From: Klebsiella pneumoniae
GTDB lineage: Bacteria; Myxococcota_A; UBA796; SXON01
Length of the DNA: 64,000 bases
Reading direction: 5' to 3'
Assembly (NCBI GenBank): GCA_945862325.1
Contig: CAMAXZ010000012.1
Location: 1-64,000, forward strand
A program made the translations under genes and the position numbers. The notes under the pieces are model-generated. The model ran no database searches. It worked only from the letters and a program-made list of their open reading frames with translations, and had not been told where the DNA came from. The stretch's first letter is position 1. The number at the start of each line of letters is the position of its first letter. Shown piece after piece: positions 38,971 to 48,412 of the stretch.

Positions 38971-40241
38971 GCGAGGATCGCTTCGATCGGCCGCGCGCCG
39001 TCCTCCAACACCTCGTCGGGGTCGACCCCGGCGAGGGCCAGGAGCGTCGCACCGAGGTGGCTCGGCAGCAGCGCCACGCCGCTGTCGTCGGTCGCGCCGG
39101 TCGCGAGGTCGATGCGGCGCCCCTGAAAGTCCGCGTCGAGGGAGCCGACGACCTGGCCACCGCGGACGCCGCCGCCGAGCAGCATCGCGGACGTGTAGGT
39201 CCAATGGTCCTTTCCGCCCGTCGCGTTGAGCTGAGGGTGACGCCCCATCTCCGAGAGCACGACCACGGTGGTCTCGTCGAGCAGGCTGCCGCCGGCCGGG
39301 GACGTCCGCGTGGCGAGGTCCTCCATGAGGCGCGTGAGGTAGCCGAAGAGCAGCTCGTAGTGCGTGATCTGCATCTCGATGCCGGAGTGGGTGTCCCAGC
39401 CGTTGGAGCACCAACCGTCGTCGGTGATCAGCGCACAGCGGGAGAGACCGAGCTCGAAGCAGTCGAACGCCGCGGAGGCATCCGCCGCGAGGTCGCGCGC
39501 GCAGCCCGCGTCTTCCGGCGCGAGGGACACCTGGTCCGCGAGGCCCTCCATCCGCTGGAGCGTGTCGAGCGCCCGCACGTAGCCCTCGCCGACCGCGCGC
39601 CCGTGGCCCGCCGCGGCGCTCGCGGCCCACGCGGCGGCACGCGCCCGCACGCGCGCGTCGACGAGGGCGTCGACGCCGTCGTCGTACGTCGTGAACCCCA
39701 CGCCGGCCTGGGTCAGCGCCTCGCCGGAGAGGAGGTCGCGGAGCTGCCCGTTCGTGCCCACGCGCACCACCCGGTCGGTGTGGAGCGCGGTGTAGGCCGG
39801 CCCGTAGACGACGAGGTGGGGGAGCAGCGGGTCGGTCGTCGCGCGGGCCGCGATCTGCGTCGGCCAGTCGTCGCGACCGGCGGCCGCGGTGCCGGTGAAG
39901 AGGATGCGCTTGCAGCGGTCGTGGGTGATCGAGCGCACCTCGACGCCGTTCACGACCGCCGCGTCGGGGCCCCACCGCTCGAAGAACCCGCGGACGTTCG
40001 GGCGACTCGGATGGTCGACGAAGGACAGCCCACCCACCTCGGACACCACGGCGTCCGGCTCGCAGCTCACGCGTGGGTTGTCCATGCTCGGCGTGAACAC
40101 GTAGGTCGTGTCCCAGCCGCCCCGGGCGAGGACGAACAAGAAGCGCCGCTCCGAGGCCGCCGCGGCGGCACGGCGGGGCGCGGCCAGCCCGCCGAGGGCG
40201 AGCGCGGAGAGGCCGAGGAGATCGCGACGACGGACGGTCAT
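38967..40241 (-). CDS. DUF1501 family protein, Tat-exported.
   Basis: Twin-arginine signal [25 protein letters not shown] overlaps the DUF1800 stop (ATGA). Typical DUF1800/DUF1501 pairing. Confidence 0.8.
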   Translation of the reverse strand: MTVRRRDLLGLSALALGGLAAPRRAAAAASERRFLFVLARGGWDTTYVFTPSMDNPRVSCEPDAVVSEVGGLSFVDHPSRPNVRGFFERWGPDAAVVNGVEVRSITHDRCKRILFTGTAAAGRDDWPTQIAARATTDPLLPHLVVYGPAYTALHTDRVVRVGTNGQLRDLLSGEALTQAGVGFTTYDDGVDALVDARVRARAAAWAASAAAGHGRAVGEGYVRALDTLQRMEGLADQVSLAPEDAGCARDLAADASAAFDCFELGLSRCALITDDGWCSNGWDTHSGIEMQITHYELLFGYLTRLMEDLATRTSPAGGSLLDETTVVVLSEMGRHPQLNATGGKDHWTYTSAMLLGGGVRGGQVVGSLDADFQGRRIDLATGATDDSGVALLPSHLGATLLALAGVDPDEVLEDGARPIEAILA

Positions 40242-41818
40242 TGGGTCACGAACTCCGGATCGCGGAGGAGCACGGCGAGCAAGGCGGTCCACCCGCGCCC
40301 CGGGTCGCCCGCGGCGCGCCACAACGTCACGTCCTCCTCGACCTCGGACTCGGAGGGCAGCCGCGCGAAGAGCCTGAGGTACAACCGTTCGATCTGCGTA
40401 CGGAACGCCGGATCTTCGGGCGTCGTGTCGATCGACACGTCGAAGAGGCGACGCTCGCCGCCGTCGAGCAGCTCCCGTTGCACCGCGGTGATCGCGCCAC
40501 CCTGCGCGAGCCGCTCGACGACGAGGGCCCAGGTGAGGCTCGGGTCCTGCTGCGCCCGCGACACCTGGTCCCCGTCGACGCCGCCCACGAGCGTGCGGTA
40601 GCCGTAGTCGTCGTTGGCGAGCTGATCGCAGCCGCCGGCGCTCCACCGGAAGCCGGTGAGGTCCTCGACCGCGGTGGTGAGGACGTCTGCGCTGACGAGG
40701 CGCGCCGTGCGCTCCCGCGGGTCCCCCGCGTCGCCGAGCCCGCCCGCGCGGTACTGCGGGGTGTCGGTGACCGCGGCGAGCAGCGGCCGCGCGCGCCAGC
40801 CGCCGTCGGCGAAGCGCTCCTCCAGCGCCGCGAGGGTGGCGAATTCGTCGACGGCGGCTTCCCGACGCCACAAGAGCTCGGCGGTGCCGCGCACGGCGCA
40901 CGCGTAGAAGCGAGGATCCGACGCCACCATCGGCCCGAGGTCGTCCGGGCTCGACATCGGCGTGCCGAACCACCCCATGTCGACCCCGAGGATTTCCGGG
41001 CCGAGCGCCTCCCGCTCCGGGTGGTACGTGCCGAGCTCGAGCCGGTTGTAGTCGATGGCGGGGTACCAGCCGAACAGGCTCGCGGCGAGCGGCTCGATCG
41101 ACGCGTGGCAGGCCAGGCACGCCGGGTCCGCGGCGAGCGCGGTCGCCGTGCCGTCGGCGTCGGCGAGCGACGGGCTCGACGAGAAGGTGACGGGGCGATC
41201 GAGGTAGTCCACGCACAACAGCACGTCCGCCAGCGCGGCGGCGCGCGAGCGGTTCGCGTTGGACTGGGAGGTGTAGTACCGGAACCACAACCCGTTCGTG
41301 GCGAGCACCCCCGCCGCGGGCCGACCGTCCGTGTAGCGGGCCTCTTCCCAGCCGGCGCCGCCGTCGGGGTACGCGAGGGGCCAAAGGTCGGCGAGGAGCT
41401 CGTTCGCCATCGTGTAGTCGGCGGTGACGACCTCCGACCAGGGACGGTCCTCCACCGAGATATGCGCCACGAGGCGCAGCGGCTCTTCGCCGACGGCGCG
41501 CTCGAACGCGCACTCGAGCTCCGCGGGGAGCTGGTAGTCGTACCAGCGAACCTGAAACTCATCGAGGCGCGTGCGGTACCGCTCGGCCCAGAGGGACACG
41601 AGGCGGTCCTCGAGGCGGGGGTCGACGAGGAAGGCATCGCGGAGCGCGTCGAGCGCCGCCGGGCCCGCGCGCACCGCCTCGAGCTCCTCCAACGACGGCG
41701 TCACCCCACGAAGATCGAGGGATATCCTACGCAAAAGGCGTGCGTCGTCGAGGGGAGGGAGCGTGTCGACCGCGGCGGGCGCCGGGGCCTCCGCGCACGC
41801 GAGCACCAGCAGCAGCAT
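40238..41818 (-). CDS. DUF1800 family protein, lipoprotein/exported.
   Basis: MLLLVLACAEAPAPAAV signal. Start overlaps the upstream lipoprotein stop by 1 nt. Partner of the downstream DUF1501. Confidence 0.8.
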   Translation of the reverse strand: MLLLVLACAEAPAPAAVDTLPPLDDARLLRRISLDLRGVTPSLEELEAVRAGPAALDALRDAFLVDPRLEDRLVSLWAERYRTRLDEFQVRWYDYQLPAELECAFERAVGEEPLRLVAHISVEDRPWSEVVTADYTMANELLADLWPLAYPDGGAGWEEARYTDGRPAAGVLATNGLWFRYYTSQSNANRSRAAALADVLLCVDYLDRPVTFSSSPSLADADGTATALAADPACLACHASIEPLAASLFGWYPAIDYNRLELGTYHPEREALGPEILGVDMGWFGTPMSSPDDLGPMVASDPRFYACAVRGTAELLWRREAAVDEFATLAALEERFADGGWRARPLLAAVTDTPQYRAGGLGDAGDPRERTARLVSADVLTTAVEDLTGFRWSAGGCDQLANDDYGYRTLVGGVDGDQVSRAQQDPSLTWALVVERLAQGGAITAVQRELLDGGERRLFDVSIDTTPEDPAFRTQIERLYLRLFARLPSESEVEEDVTLWRAAGDPGRGWTALLAVLLRDPEFVTQ

Positions 41819-42642
41819 CAGGGGGCCAACGACGCGAGGACGCGCTCGGCGAGCCCCTCGACCGTCGGGCAGGCGGCCGTGTCGACCCCCGCGCCGTCGA
41901 AGGACACCGAAGCGCACGGCACACAGCCCTCGCCGTACTCGAACACCCAGGTGCCCCCGCTCGGATCGAGCACGGTCAGCGCGCCCTTCGGCACGCCGCG
42001 GCATCCGTCGGCGCCGAGCGCCACGTCACGAAAACCGAGGGTGGTCCCACGCAACGTGAGCCCGCCGTCGAGCGACACCCCGCGCGCGCTCTCCGCCGGG
42101 TAGCCGTGGGTGGTCAGCCACGCGCTCGTGCCGGCCGCGAGCCAGTCGAGGGGGCTGTGGGGCTCGACCCACGAGCCGTTCCACACCACGTACCAGTCGG
42201 GGCCGGGCCGGAGCGACGCGAGCCAGTGGCCGCCGATGTCCACGTACGGGCCGTCGGGCGCGATGATCGTGAGGTCGCCCATGAGCGCAAGCTCGACGTA
42301 CGCGCCGTCGTCCACGAACGTCTCGGTGTAGCCGCCGACGCCGAGGTAGTACCAGCCCGCCGCGGACGTACAGCCCTCGAAGCTGGGCCCCGCCATGAAC
42401 GTGCCCTCGCCGGGGCACGCCGCGTCGCCCTGACGAAACCACCCCGCGAGCGCGTCCCGCACCCGCAGCGGCGACGGGAAGTCCCCCGCGAGCGCGGCGT
42501 CGACGGCGTCGGCCGCCTCGTCCGGAGTCCACGCCGCCGCGCGAACGGCGGCGTCGACGTCGGGGAACGCGAGCCCCGTCCGAGCGTCTGGTCGCACCGG
42601 CCCGCCCTGGTCGCACGCGAGAATCAGCAGCAGCGATCTCAG
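41818..42642 (-). CDS. Lipoprotein, first gene of the DUF1800/DUF1501 operon. Likely uses a non-canonical CTG start (about 42640-42642) that brings a lipobox signal peptide LRSLLLILAC into the protein. The conservative GTG ORF is 41818..42597.
   Basis: In-frame region upstream of the GTG encodes ...GGPLRSLLLILACDQGGP with no ATG/GTG/TTG before the upstream stop. GGGAGG lies 4 nt upstream of the CTG. Confidence 0.5.
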   Translation of the reverse strand: MRSLLLILACDQGGPVRPDARTGLAFPDVDAAVRAAAWTPDEAADAVDAALAGDFPSPLRVRDALAGWFRQGDAACPGEGTFMAGPSFEGCTSAAGWYYLGVGGYTETFVDDGAYVELALMGDLTIIAPDGPYVDIGGHWLASLRPGPDWYVVWNGSWVEPHSPLDWLAAGTSAWLTTHGYPAESARGVSLDGGLTLRGTTLGFRDVALGADGCRGVPKGALTVLDPSGGTWVFEYGEGCVPCASVSFDGAGVDTAACPTVEGLAERVLASLAP

Positions 42643-42800
42643 CGGGCCTCCCGGTCCGAACCGTAGCCGGAGTCCAGTGCGCCCGCAATCGCGCCGCTCC
42701 GGCGAAGGCGCGGCGGTGGAGGTGCCCTCGAGGACCCGTGGGTAAGGCGAACAAGATCGAATCGTCGCGCGTCGTCAGTTCGAGTCGCTATGATCCTCCG

Positions 42801-45800
42801 ATGCTCCGCTCCCCGCCCCCACCGCAGGCGCGCGCGCCCGGTCTGCTTTGCGCGACGTTCCCGCTCCTGTGGCTCGCGGCCTGCGCGCCTCCGGCGGCTC
42901 GCCACGACACGAGCGCGCCGCGGCCGGACACCGCGACGCCGGTCGACACGCGCGTCGCGGCGATCGCCGCCGAAGGTCGCGCGTTCGTCCGCGACGGGGA
43001 TGCGTGGAGGAGCGACGCCGGGCCCTTCGTCGCGCGCGTCGGCCGCGACGGCGTCCGCGTCCATCGGGCGTCGGCCTCGAGCGGGCTCGGCCTGCGCGTC
43101 GACGCCTGGGGCCGCGGCGACGACGTTCAGCTGCTCCCGCCGGTGGTCGCGACCGAGGGCGCCTGTACCGCGGACCTCGCCCCTGACGGCCGGTGCCTTC
43201 CGCGCCTCGAGCGCGCCCATGACGCCCTCGTCGAGTGGTGGGCGGCGCGGTCGGACGGGCTACAGTTTGGCTTCGACGCCGAAGAACGGCCGGCCGGCGA
43301 CACGCCCCTCCGCGTGTCGATCGAGGTCATCGGCGCCGACGCGATCGACGCCGACGGCGACGCCGCGTGGGTCGTCGACGCCGCGGGCGACGCGTGGACG
43401 ATCACGGGGCTCTCGGCGTGGGACGCCGACGGAGAGCCCCTGCCGAGCACGTTCGAGGTCGAGGGGACCGCGCTCGTGTTGGTCGTGGACGACGCCGGGG
43501 CGCGGTGGCCCATCGCCATCGACCCCGTGTTGAGCACCGCCTCCGCCACCCGCACGGGCGCCAGCACCTCCTCCCAGTTCGGGATCTCAAGCTCAAACGC
43601 CGGGGATGTCAACGGCGACGGCTACGACGACCTCATCGTCGGGGCGAGTCAGGTCACGACCAACACCGGGCGCGCGTACGTGTACCTCGGGTCGGCCAGC
43701 GGGCTCGCGGCCACCGCCGCGACCACCCTCTCGGGAGCGGCCACGAACTCCTACTTCGGCTTCTCCGTGGCGGACGCCGGAGACGTGAACAACGACGGCT
43801 ACGACGACGTGGTCGTCGGTGCGTACGGCCAGAGCTCCAACCAGGGTCGCGCGTTCGTGTACCACGGCTCGGCGACCGGCCTCGCCACCACGGCGACCCG
43901 CACGCTGTCGGGCGTCACCAACGCGAGGCTCGGCTACGCGGTCAGCGGCGCCGGAGACGTCAACAACGACGGCTACGACGACATCATCGTCGGCGCGTGG
44001 GGTGTCAGCTCGAACCAGGGCCGCGCGTACGTGTTCCACGGATCCGCCAGCGGCGTGGCGGCCACGCCCACGACGACCCTGTCGGGCGCCGCGAGCTCCC
44101 GCCAAGGGTGGTCGGTGGCCCGCGCGGGCGATGTGAACAACGACGGCTACGGCGACGTCATGGCGGGTACGGCGTACACCACCACGGCCGCCGGCCGCGT
44201 CGTCATCCATCACGGGTCGGCGACGGGCGTGTCCGCGACCGCGGCCCGCACGCTGACCGGAGTCGGCACGAACGTCCGCTACGGGTACGCCATCGGCGGC
44301 GGCGGCGACGTCAACGGCGACGGCTACGACGACATCGTCATCGGCTCGCACGGATACAGCACCTCCACCGGGCGTGTGTACGTCCATCACGGCAGCGCGA
44401 GCGGGATCCCCGCCACCGCCGCCACGACGCTGACCGGGCCGTCCACGTCCTCCAACTTCGGCATCGCCGTGCGCGTGCTCGGCGACGTGGACGACGACGG
44501 GTACGACGACATCGCCGTGGGCGCGCCGGCCGTCACCACCAACACCGGGCGCGCGTACGTGTTCCGCGGGTCCGGCACGGGCGTCGGCACCTCGGCGAGC
44601 ACCACGCTCACGGGGACGACCACCGGCGGCTATTTCGGAACGTCGCTCGCCGGCATCGACGTGCAGGCCGACGGCTACGTCGACCTCGCGGTCGGCGCGT
44701 ACGGGGTGTCTTCCAACACCGGCGCGATCTACCTGTTCGGCGGCACGGCCCCCGACGACGACAGCGACGGCGTCACCGCCGACGTCGACTGCGACGACGC
44801 GGACGCCGGCGTCGGCGGCCCCACCTCGTGGTGGCCCGACGCCGACGGCGACGGCGCCGGCGCCGACGACGTCGCGGCGGTGAGCGCCTGCTCGGCCCCC
44901 GCGGCGCACGTCGCCAGCTCCACGGACTGCGACGACGCGGACCCGGCGGTCAACCCCGCGGCGGTGGAGCTCTGCGACGCGTCGAACGCCGACGAGGACT
45001 GCGACGGCGCCGCCGACGACGCCGACACGGCTCCGACGGGCACGACGCCGTTCTACACCGACGGCGACGCCGACGGCCACGGCGCCGGTCCCGCGCTCAT
45101 GCGGTGCGAGGCGCCCGCGGGGACGGCGACCGTCGACGACGACTGCGACGACAGCGAAGCCGCCGTGAACCCCGACGCGTCGGAGGCGCCCTACAACGGC
45201 GTCGACGACGACTGCGACGCCGGCACGCCCGACGACGACCTCGACGCCGACGGCTTCGCGCTCGCGTCCGACTGCGACGACGCCAGCGCCGCCGTCAACC
45301 CGAGCGTCGACGAGACGTGCAACGGCCGCGACGACGACTGCGACGGGACCGTCGACGAGGACGACGCGGTGGACGCCCCGACGTGGTTCGCCGACAGCGA
45401 CGGAGACGCCTACGGCGACCCGACGACGACGTCCGCCGCCTGCGCCGCCCCCTCCGAGTTCGTCGCCGACGCGACGGACTGCGACGACACCCGCGCCGAC
45501 GTCAACCCCGGCGGCGATGAGGTGTGCGACCCGGCGAACGCCGACGAGGACTGCGACACCGTGACCGATGACGGGGACGCGTCGGCCACCGGCCAGACGC
45601 CCTGGTACGTCGACGGCGACGCGGACGGCCATGGCGTGGGCACCGCGACGCCGGCGTGCGACGCCCCGAGCGGGCAGGTCGCCTCCGACGCCGACTGCGA
45701 CGACGCGCGCGGGGACACGAACCCGAGCGCGCCGGAGGTGCCGTACAACGGCCACGACGATGACTGCGACCCCGCCACCTCCGACACCGACGTCGACGGC

Positions 45801-47768
45801 GACGGCTACCTTGTGGCCGACGACTGCGACGACACGAACGCGGCGATCTCGCCTGGGGCGGCCGAAGCGCCCTACAACGGCGTGGACGACGACTGCTCGA
45901 CGGCCACCGCCGACGACGACCTCGACGCGGACGGGTTCCTCCTCGCGGACGACTGCGACGACGCCGACGCCACGATCTCGCCCTCCGCCTCGGAGATCTG
46001 CGACACCGTCGACAACGACTGCGACGGCGCGGTCGACGAGCCGAGCGCGGTGGACGCCCCGATCTGGTTCGTCGACACCGACGGCGACGCCCACGGCGAC
46101 CCTGGCCTCTGGGATGCGGCCTGTGCCGCTCCTCTGGGGTACGTCGCCTCGAACGCCGACTGCGACGACGCCGACGCGGCCGTGTCCCCCGACGCCGACG
46201 AGCTGTGCGACGCGGCGGATCTCGACGAGGACTGCGACGGCGCCGCCGACGACGCCGACGCGGACGCCGTCGGCGGCACCTCCTGGTACACCGACGCCGA
46301 CGCGGACGGCGACGGCGGGGGAGCGCCCGTCACCGCCTGCGACGCCCCCGCAGGCCACGTCGCCATCGACACCGACTGCGACGACGCCGACCCCGGCGCG
46401 AGCCCCGACCTCGCCGAGACCTGCGACGCCGTCGACAACAACTGCGACGGCGCGGTCGACGAGCTCCAGGACGACGGCGACGGCGACGGCGTGTGCGACG
46501 CCGTCGACCCGTGCCCGCTCGACGTCCCGGACGACGCCGACGGCGACACCGTCTGCGACTCCGCGGACGCCTGCCCCGGCCAGGACGACCGCATCGACCT
46601 CGACGCGGACGCGATCGTCGACGGTTGCGACGCCTGCCACGGCGCCAACGCCACGGGCGACGGCGATGCCGACGGCACCTGCGACGACCTCGACACCTGC
46701 CCCTCGGACGCCACGAAGGCCGGGCCCGGCGATTGTGGGTGCGGGATCGCGGACACCGACGACGACGCCGACGGCGTCACGGACTGCCTCGGCGACGACA
46801 TGGACGTGTGGTGCTCCGCGGCCGACATCGTGTGGACCGAGTTCAACACGGGCTACGCCCGAATCCGCGGCTCCATGGAGCTGCCCGGCGGCGTCCTCGC
46901 GCCGGACCTCGTCGACGCGGGCGACCCCATCGCGCGGCTCATCGTCGACATCGGCGGCACGGAGGTCTACGACGACGACGCCCTGGCGCTCGCCCGCGTC
47001 GACGGCTTCCTGCCGGACGACAACTACGAGACCTGGTCGAGCAGCACGTCGTTCCGTGAGCGGGCGTCGTTCGGCTGGCGGTCGCAGCGCCAGTACGACG
47101 CGCGCAGGAAGTTGGACTTCCCGAGCGTGTACGCGCGGTCCGGCTCCTTGGGCTTCTTCCAGACGCGCGCGATCACCACGGCCGAGACCGAGTTCGTCGT
47201 GCGTTGGAACCGCTACACCACCTTGCCCCTCACGGTCGCCATCGATGGCGAGCCGCTGTTCGTCCTCGAGAAAGACACCACCGCGAGCTGTGTCGCCGGG
47301 CCCGACGGGACTGGCCTCACCCGGGCCTGCCTCGAAGAGACGACGGTCGACTACTCGGTGCGCAGCGACATCGCCGCGACGTTCACGCGCGCCACGACCG
47401 GCCTCGATCGCACGCACGTATTCCTCGTGTCGTGGGCGGGAAACCGACTTGGCACCGGCAACATCGTGGAGTGGTACAACGACGACGATCCGACCGACGG
47501 CCTGGACGACCTGCTCTACAGCCAGACGATGAGCGACACCGAGACTGCGCGCACGGTGAGGGCCGACGCCACGGGCAGCTTCGAGGTGCGCGTCCCTGTC
47601 GACGGCACGGACGCCCCCGCCACGCGCTCGGCCACCGTGCAGCTCCGCTTCGGGGACGAAGGCACGGAGGGGATGGTCATCGGCGAGGACACGTGCAACG
47701 CCGTACGGCGCGTGCGCCGCACGGTGTCGCGCGGCGTCGTACGGCGCGTGGAGTGGTCGCTCTATTGA
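42801..47768 (+). CDS. Giant surface lipoprotein (~1650 aa) with FG-GAP repeats, MopE-like Cys-rich putative metal-binding repeats, TSP3-like Ca-binding repeats and a C-terminal domain.
   Basis: Lipobox LLWLAAC. Eight or more units ...GDVNGDGYDD(L/V/I)(I/V)VGA.... Twelve or more repeats TDCDDxDxxVNPxxxExCDxxDxDCDG. TSP3-like DDGDGDGVCDAVDPCPLDVPDDADGD.... Continuous ORF on the track. Confidence 0.85.
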   Translation: MLRSPPPPQARAPGLLCATFPLLWLAACAPPAARHDTSAPRPDTATPVDTRVAAIAAEGRAFVRDGDAWRSDAGPFVARVGRDGVRVHRASASSGLGLRVDAWGRGDDVQLLPPVVATEGACTADLAPDGRCLPRLERAHDALVEWWAARSDGLQFGFDAEERPAGDTPLRVSIEVIGADAIDADGDAAWVVDAAGDAWTITGLSAWDADGEPLPSTFEVEGTALVLVVDDAGARWPIAIDPVLSTASATRTGASTSSQFGISSSNAGDVNGDGYDDLIVGASQVTTNTGRAYVYLGSASGLAATAATTLSGAATNSYFGFSVADAGDVNNDGYDDVVVGAYGQSSNQGRAFVYHGSATGLATTATRTLSGVTNARLGYAVSGAGDVNNDGYDDIIVGAWGVSSNQGRAYVFHGSASGVAATPTTTLSGAASSRQGWSVARAGDVNNDGYGDVMAGTAYTTTAAGRVVIHHGSATGVSATAARTLTGVGTNVRYGYAIGGGGDVNGDGYDDIVIGSHGYSTSTGRVYVHHGSASGIPATAATTLTGPSTSSNFGIAVRVLGDVDDDGYDDIAVGAPAVTTNTGRAYVFRGSGTGVGTSASTTLTGTTTGGYFGTSLAGIDVQADGYVDLAVGAYGVSSNTGAIYLFGGTAPDDDSDGVTADVDCDDADAGVGGPTSWWPDADGDGAGADDVAAVSACSAPAAHVASSTDCDDADPAVNPAAVELCDASNADEDCDGAADDADTAPTGTTPFYTDGDADGHGAGPALMRCEAPAGTATVDDDCDDSEAAVNPDASEAPYNGVDDDCDAGTPDDDLDADGFALASDCDDASAAVNPSVDETCNGRDDDCDGTVDEDDAVDAPTWFADSDGDAYGDPTTTSAACAAPSEFVADATDCDDTRADVNPGGDEVCDPANADEDCDTVTDDGDASATGQTPWYVDGDADGHGVGTATPACDAPSGQVASDADCDDARGDTNPSAPEVPYNGHDDDCDPATSDTDVDGDGYLVADDCDDTNAAISPGAAEAPYNGVDDDCSTATADDDLDADGFLLADDCDDADATISPSASEICDTVDNDCDGAVDEPSAVDAPIWFVDTDGDAHGDPGLWDAACAAPLGYVASNADCDDADAAVSPDADELCDAADLDEDCDGAADDADADAVGGTSWYTDADADGDGGGAPVTACDAPAGHVAIDTDCDDADPGASPDLAETCDAVDNNCDGAVDELQDDGDGDGVCDAVDPCPLDVPDDADGDTVCDSADACPGQDDRIDLDADAIVDGCDACHGANATGDGDADGTCDDLDTCPSDATKAGPGDCGCGIADTDDDADGVTDCLGDDMDVWCSAADIVWTEFNTGYARIRGSMELPGGVLAPDLVDAGDPIARLIVDIGGTEVYDDDALALARVDGFLPDDNYETWSSSTSFRERASFGWRSQRQYDARRKLDFPSVYARSGSLGFFQTRAITTAETEFVVRWNRYTTLPLTVAIDGEPLFVLEKDTTASCVAGPDGTGLTRACLEETTVDYSVRSDIAATFTRATTGLDRTHVFLVSWAGNRLGTGNIVEWYNDDDPTDGLDDLLYSQTMSDTETARTVRADATGSFEVRVPVDGTDAPATRSATVQLRFGDEGTEGMVIGEDTCNAVRRVRRTVSRGVVRRVEWSLY
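43560..44750 (+). repeat. Tandem FG-GAP (integrin-alpha-like) repeat units at the DNA level (~180 bp each).
   Basis: Recurrent gacgtcaacggcgacggctacgacgac-type segments. Confidence 0.6.
44760..46480 (+). repeat. Tandem MopE-like Cys-rich repeat array (CDDxDxxVNP...DCDG).
   Basis: Recurrent gactgcgacgacgc...gtcaaccc...gactgcgacgg segments. Confidence 0.6.
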
Positions 47769-47770
47769 GC

Positions 47771-47793
47771 CGGGCGCGCCCAGCGGCGCGCCC
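47771..47793. terminator. Perfect GC hairpin (9-bp stem gggcgcgcc / ggcgcgccc, 4-nt loop) between convergent genes; candidate bidirectional terminator. Coordinates are ±1.
   Basis: Read directly in the 47768/47805 intergenic region. Confidence 0.35.
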
Positions 47794-47804
47794 GAGCGAC
47801 GCGA

Positions 47805-48305
47805 TCAGCCCGGGAGCTCGCCGCAGTCCTCGATGACGATACGCTTCGAGGTCGCGCCGGAGTTCGAGCCGAACGACTCGATCGCCTTCACGACGTCCAT
47901 GCCCTCGACGACGGACCCGAACACGACGTGCTTGCCGTCGAGCCACTCGGTCTTCACGGTGGTGATGAAGAACTGGGACCCGTTGGTGCCGGGGCCGGCG
48001 TTCGCCATGCTCAGCAGGCCGGGGACGGTGTGCTTGAGGGTGAAGTTCTCATCGGCGAAGCGGGCGCCGTAGATGCTCTTCCCGCCGGTGCCGTTGTGGT
48101 TCGTGAAGTCGCCGCCCTGCAGCATGAAGCGGGGGATCACGCGGTGGAAGCCGCTGCCCTTGTACCCGAAGCCCTTCTCGCCGGTGCACAGGGCGCGGAA
48201 GTTCTCGGCGGTCTTGGGGACCACGTCGCTGCGGAGCTCCATCACGATGCGGCCGGAGGGCTGACCGCCGATGGAGACGTCGAAGAACACGCGGGGATTG
48301 GCCAT
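47805..48305 (-). CDS. ppiA: Cyclophilin-type peptidyl-prolyl cis-trans isomerase, unusually similar to eukaryotic CypA.
   Basis: [52 protein letters not shown]...[32 protein letters not shown] is near-identical to human CypA blocks. Confidence 0.92.
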   Translation of the reverse strand: MANPRVFFDVSIGGQPSGRIVMELRSDVVPKTAENFRALCTGEKGFGYKGSGFHRVIPRFMLQGGDFTNHNGTGGKSIYGARFADENFTLKHTVPGLLSMANAGPGTNGSQFFITTVKTEWLDGKHVVFGSVVEGMDVVKAIESFGSNSGATSKRIVIEDCGELPG

Positions 48306-48412
48306 GGGAGCTCCTTGAGTGGCGCGGAAGCATGAAGCGGGTCGCCCCGCTCGTCAAGAAGCGCGCGCACGGCGGCGCCCGTGGCCACCGCCGCAGCGAC
48401 GCGCGCGGGCGT

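Noticed and set aside
43235-47532. ORFs 43235..45520 (+), 43593..47417 (-) and 45568..47532 (+) within the giant lipoprotein gene.
   Set aside because: Repeat-driven Arg/Gly/Thr-rich alternate frames. The in-frame FG-GAP/MopE-like reading is the coding one.
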